39,565 nucleotides of DNA. Origin: Paecilomyces variotii. Taxonomy: Eukaryota. The first letter of the stretch is position 1; every line of letters starts with the position of its first letter. Positions 38,273 through 39,565 of this stretch are shown piece after piece. The stretch is from assembly GCA_004022145.1 (NCBI GenBank), contig RCNU01000035.1, one strand, 5' to 3'. The notes below the pieces were generated by a model. It had not been told where the DNA came from, ran no database searches, and saw only the letters and a program-made list of their open reading frames with translations. Both the position numbers and the translations under genes were made by a program.

Positions 38273-39565
38273 TATTACGGTGCTAGCATAGGAGACAGAG
38301 ATCTACTGGTTAATGCTTACATAAGGCATTATGTAACCTCGCGAAGATATTTTTAATGCATAGCCCGATCTAAATTTAAGCTCTTTAAGCTATATTTTAT
38401 TTATTAAGCCTACCTGCAATAGCCTATTTTAGTCTAAATTAGCTAAATAGAGATTCTATAGCTAGTCCTAGTATTAACTACCTTATTCTATTTTTTCTAA
38501 CCCGCTTCTTAAGCCTATATTTTAATACTATATAACTCTTATTTAGGAGTTAATACTATTAATAATATCTGCCTTAATTCCCCTATTCCTGCTAATAACT
38601 TTAAGAGAGTTTATTAAGCATATTACTGCTAGCTATAGGCTAGAATAATATAATTACTATTGCCTAGTATATAAATATATTAATAAGGCTAAGACTATTA
38701 TAAATAAGATAAATTATTAGGCTAAGATATATTTTTAAAAGCTTTAGCAAGAATTTGCTGTTGTTTAATAAAGACTTAAATAAGAAATTATTAAACTTAA
38801 GACTATTTAGCAATATTAAAAGACTTAGCTTTAAAAAAAGAATAATAATATATTTAAGCTATTTTTAAAAGAGATTAAGCCTATTATACAGTTATACTTA
38901 TTATAAATATACCTTTATTTATATTTAAACTTAAGCCTAGTATTAAGAGGCCTATAGCTGCTTTAATAGGAGTATTTAAAATATTTATTATTATATCTTC
39001 CTCTGCCCTTAGACTTTTAAAGAGACTTTTTAACTTAGATAAGTTTAAAGATAATTAAAAAGACCTTTAGCACTTTATAGCCTAGATCTAAGAGAAGATA
39101 ATAATTAATTAAAATTAATTCCTAACTCCTTAGAGCTATATAGTTTATATAATTAACTATTTAAAAGGTATATCTTATATTTAAGTATTATTATATATTA
39201 GAGATAGGACTTATACTCTTAATAATTATTAAAGATTCTAGATATTCTAGAGTATATATTTAATAATCTTAATTATATAAACAATATATATAGCAAACTG
39301 TTTAACCTTTATTAAATTAATAAAGAATTTAGAATCTTTTTTATTAAGTTTTAGCACCTAGCGCTAGAAGGAGAAATACCTAAAAAAATATTATTTATCC
39401 TATTTAAGTAAGCTATTAGTTAAGAACTTTAAGAAATATTATTATATAGTTAGCCCTTAAGTTATAAATATTACTAATTTACTAAATTCTTATAAGATTT
39501 TAAGAACTATTATTGCTAATATATTATAAACTAGCCCCCTATTATAAAGATTTATACTGCTATTT
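38273..39565 (+). mobile_element. A-family Gypsy, 5' part (LTR 38273-38527 + gag remnant from ~38560), runs off the right edge
   Basis: LTR aligns with 2634-2933; ~39015-39090 de-RIPs to SERL.DPDKFEG.RKDLQHFVAQI, a typical fungal Gypsy gag N-terminal motif. Confidence 0.88.

Larger units (their letters stand above)
1..39565. other. RIP-degraded, AT-rich nested LTR-retrotransposon block (fungal heterochromatin/AT-isochore type)
   Basis: Seen: near absence of CpA/TpG, excess TpA, TAA/TAG stops in all frames, and paired LTRs differing almost only by C/T and G/A transitions. Established: this is the RIP signature of filamentous ascomycetes. Confidence 0.96.

Noticed and set aside
38121-38527. 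MITE or DNA transposon with 152-bp TIRs
   Set aside because: 38273-38527 is homologous to the PPT-adjacent LTR at 2634-2933 and is followed by gag, so the arms are LTR sequence.
38528-38540. Self-priming PBS for the A family
   Set aside because: Only ~7 nt of RIP-corrected complementarity to the LTR, which is not distinguishable from chance.
1-39565. Organellar or AT-rich bacterial DNA, or an alternative genetic code reading TAA/TAG as sense
   Set aside because: Stops differ between paired copies and arise from CAA/CAG/TGG by transitions. All recognisable content is retrotransposon.
1-39565. Host genes (e.g. effectors), tRNA/rRNA genes, CRISPR or telomeric arrays
   Set aside because: Essentially every base is assigned to an element and there is no RIP-free island. 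No regularly spaced repeats or TTAGGG arrays were seen; isolated TTAGGG hexamers are RIP by-products.

Overview
The whole 39.6-kb window is an extremely AT-rich block of dead, nested LTR retrotransposons from a filamentous-ascomycete-type genome. Every element is riddled with C>T/G>A changes typical of Repeat-Induced Point mutation (RIP): TpA is everywhere and CpA/TpG are almost absent. There is no intact protein-coding gene, and the one ORF in the track is spurious. The nest can be reconstructed almost to the base. One + strand Ty3/Gypsy host ('C': 8138-10490, 18009-18830, 25436-26074, 34535-35569) received five insertions: Copia-1 (to 8137), an inverted full-length copy of its own family ('D', 10491-18008, TSD CTTAA), Gypsy 'E' (18831-25435), Gypsy 'F' (26075-34534, 149-bp LTRs, TSD ATAAG) and Copia-2 (from 35570). 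Both Copia copies were hit in turn by Gypsy family 'A' (2195-2933; 38121-end), and the left A copy by Gypsy 'B' (1-2194). The most notable observation is that two different Gypsy families (C/D and E) each carry an extra antisense ORF between pol and the 3' LTR. When RIP changes are reversed by eye, both ORFs contain a six-cysteine Zn(II)2Cys6-like cluster followed by a helical/acidic region. All protein readings are manual 'de-RIPed' reconstructions, not database hits, and element letters are my own labels.
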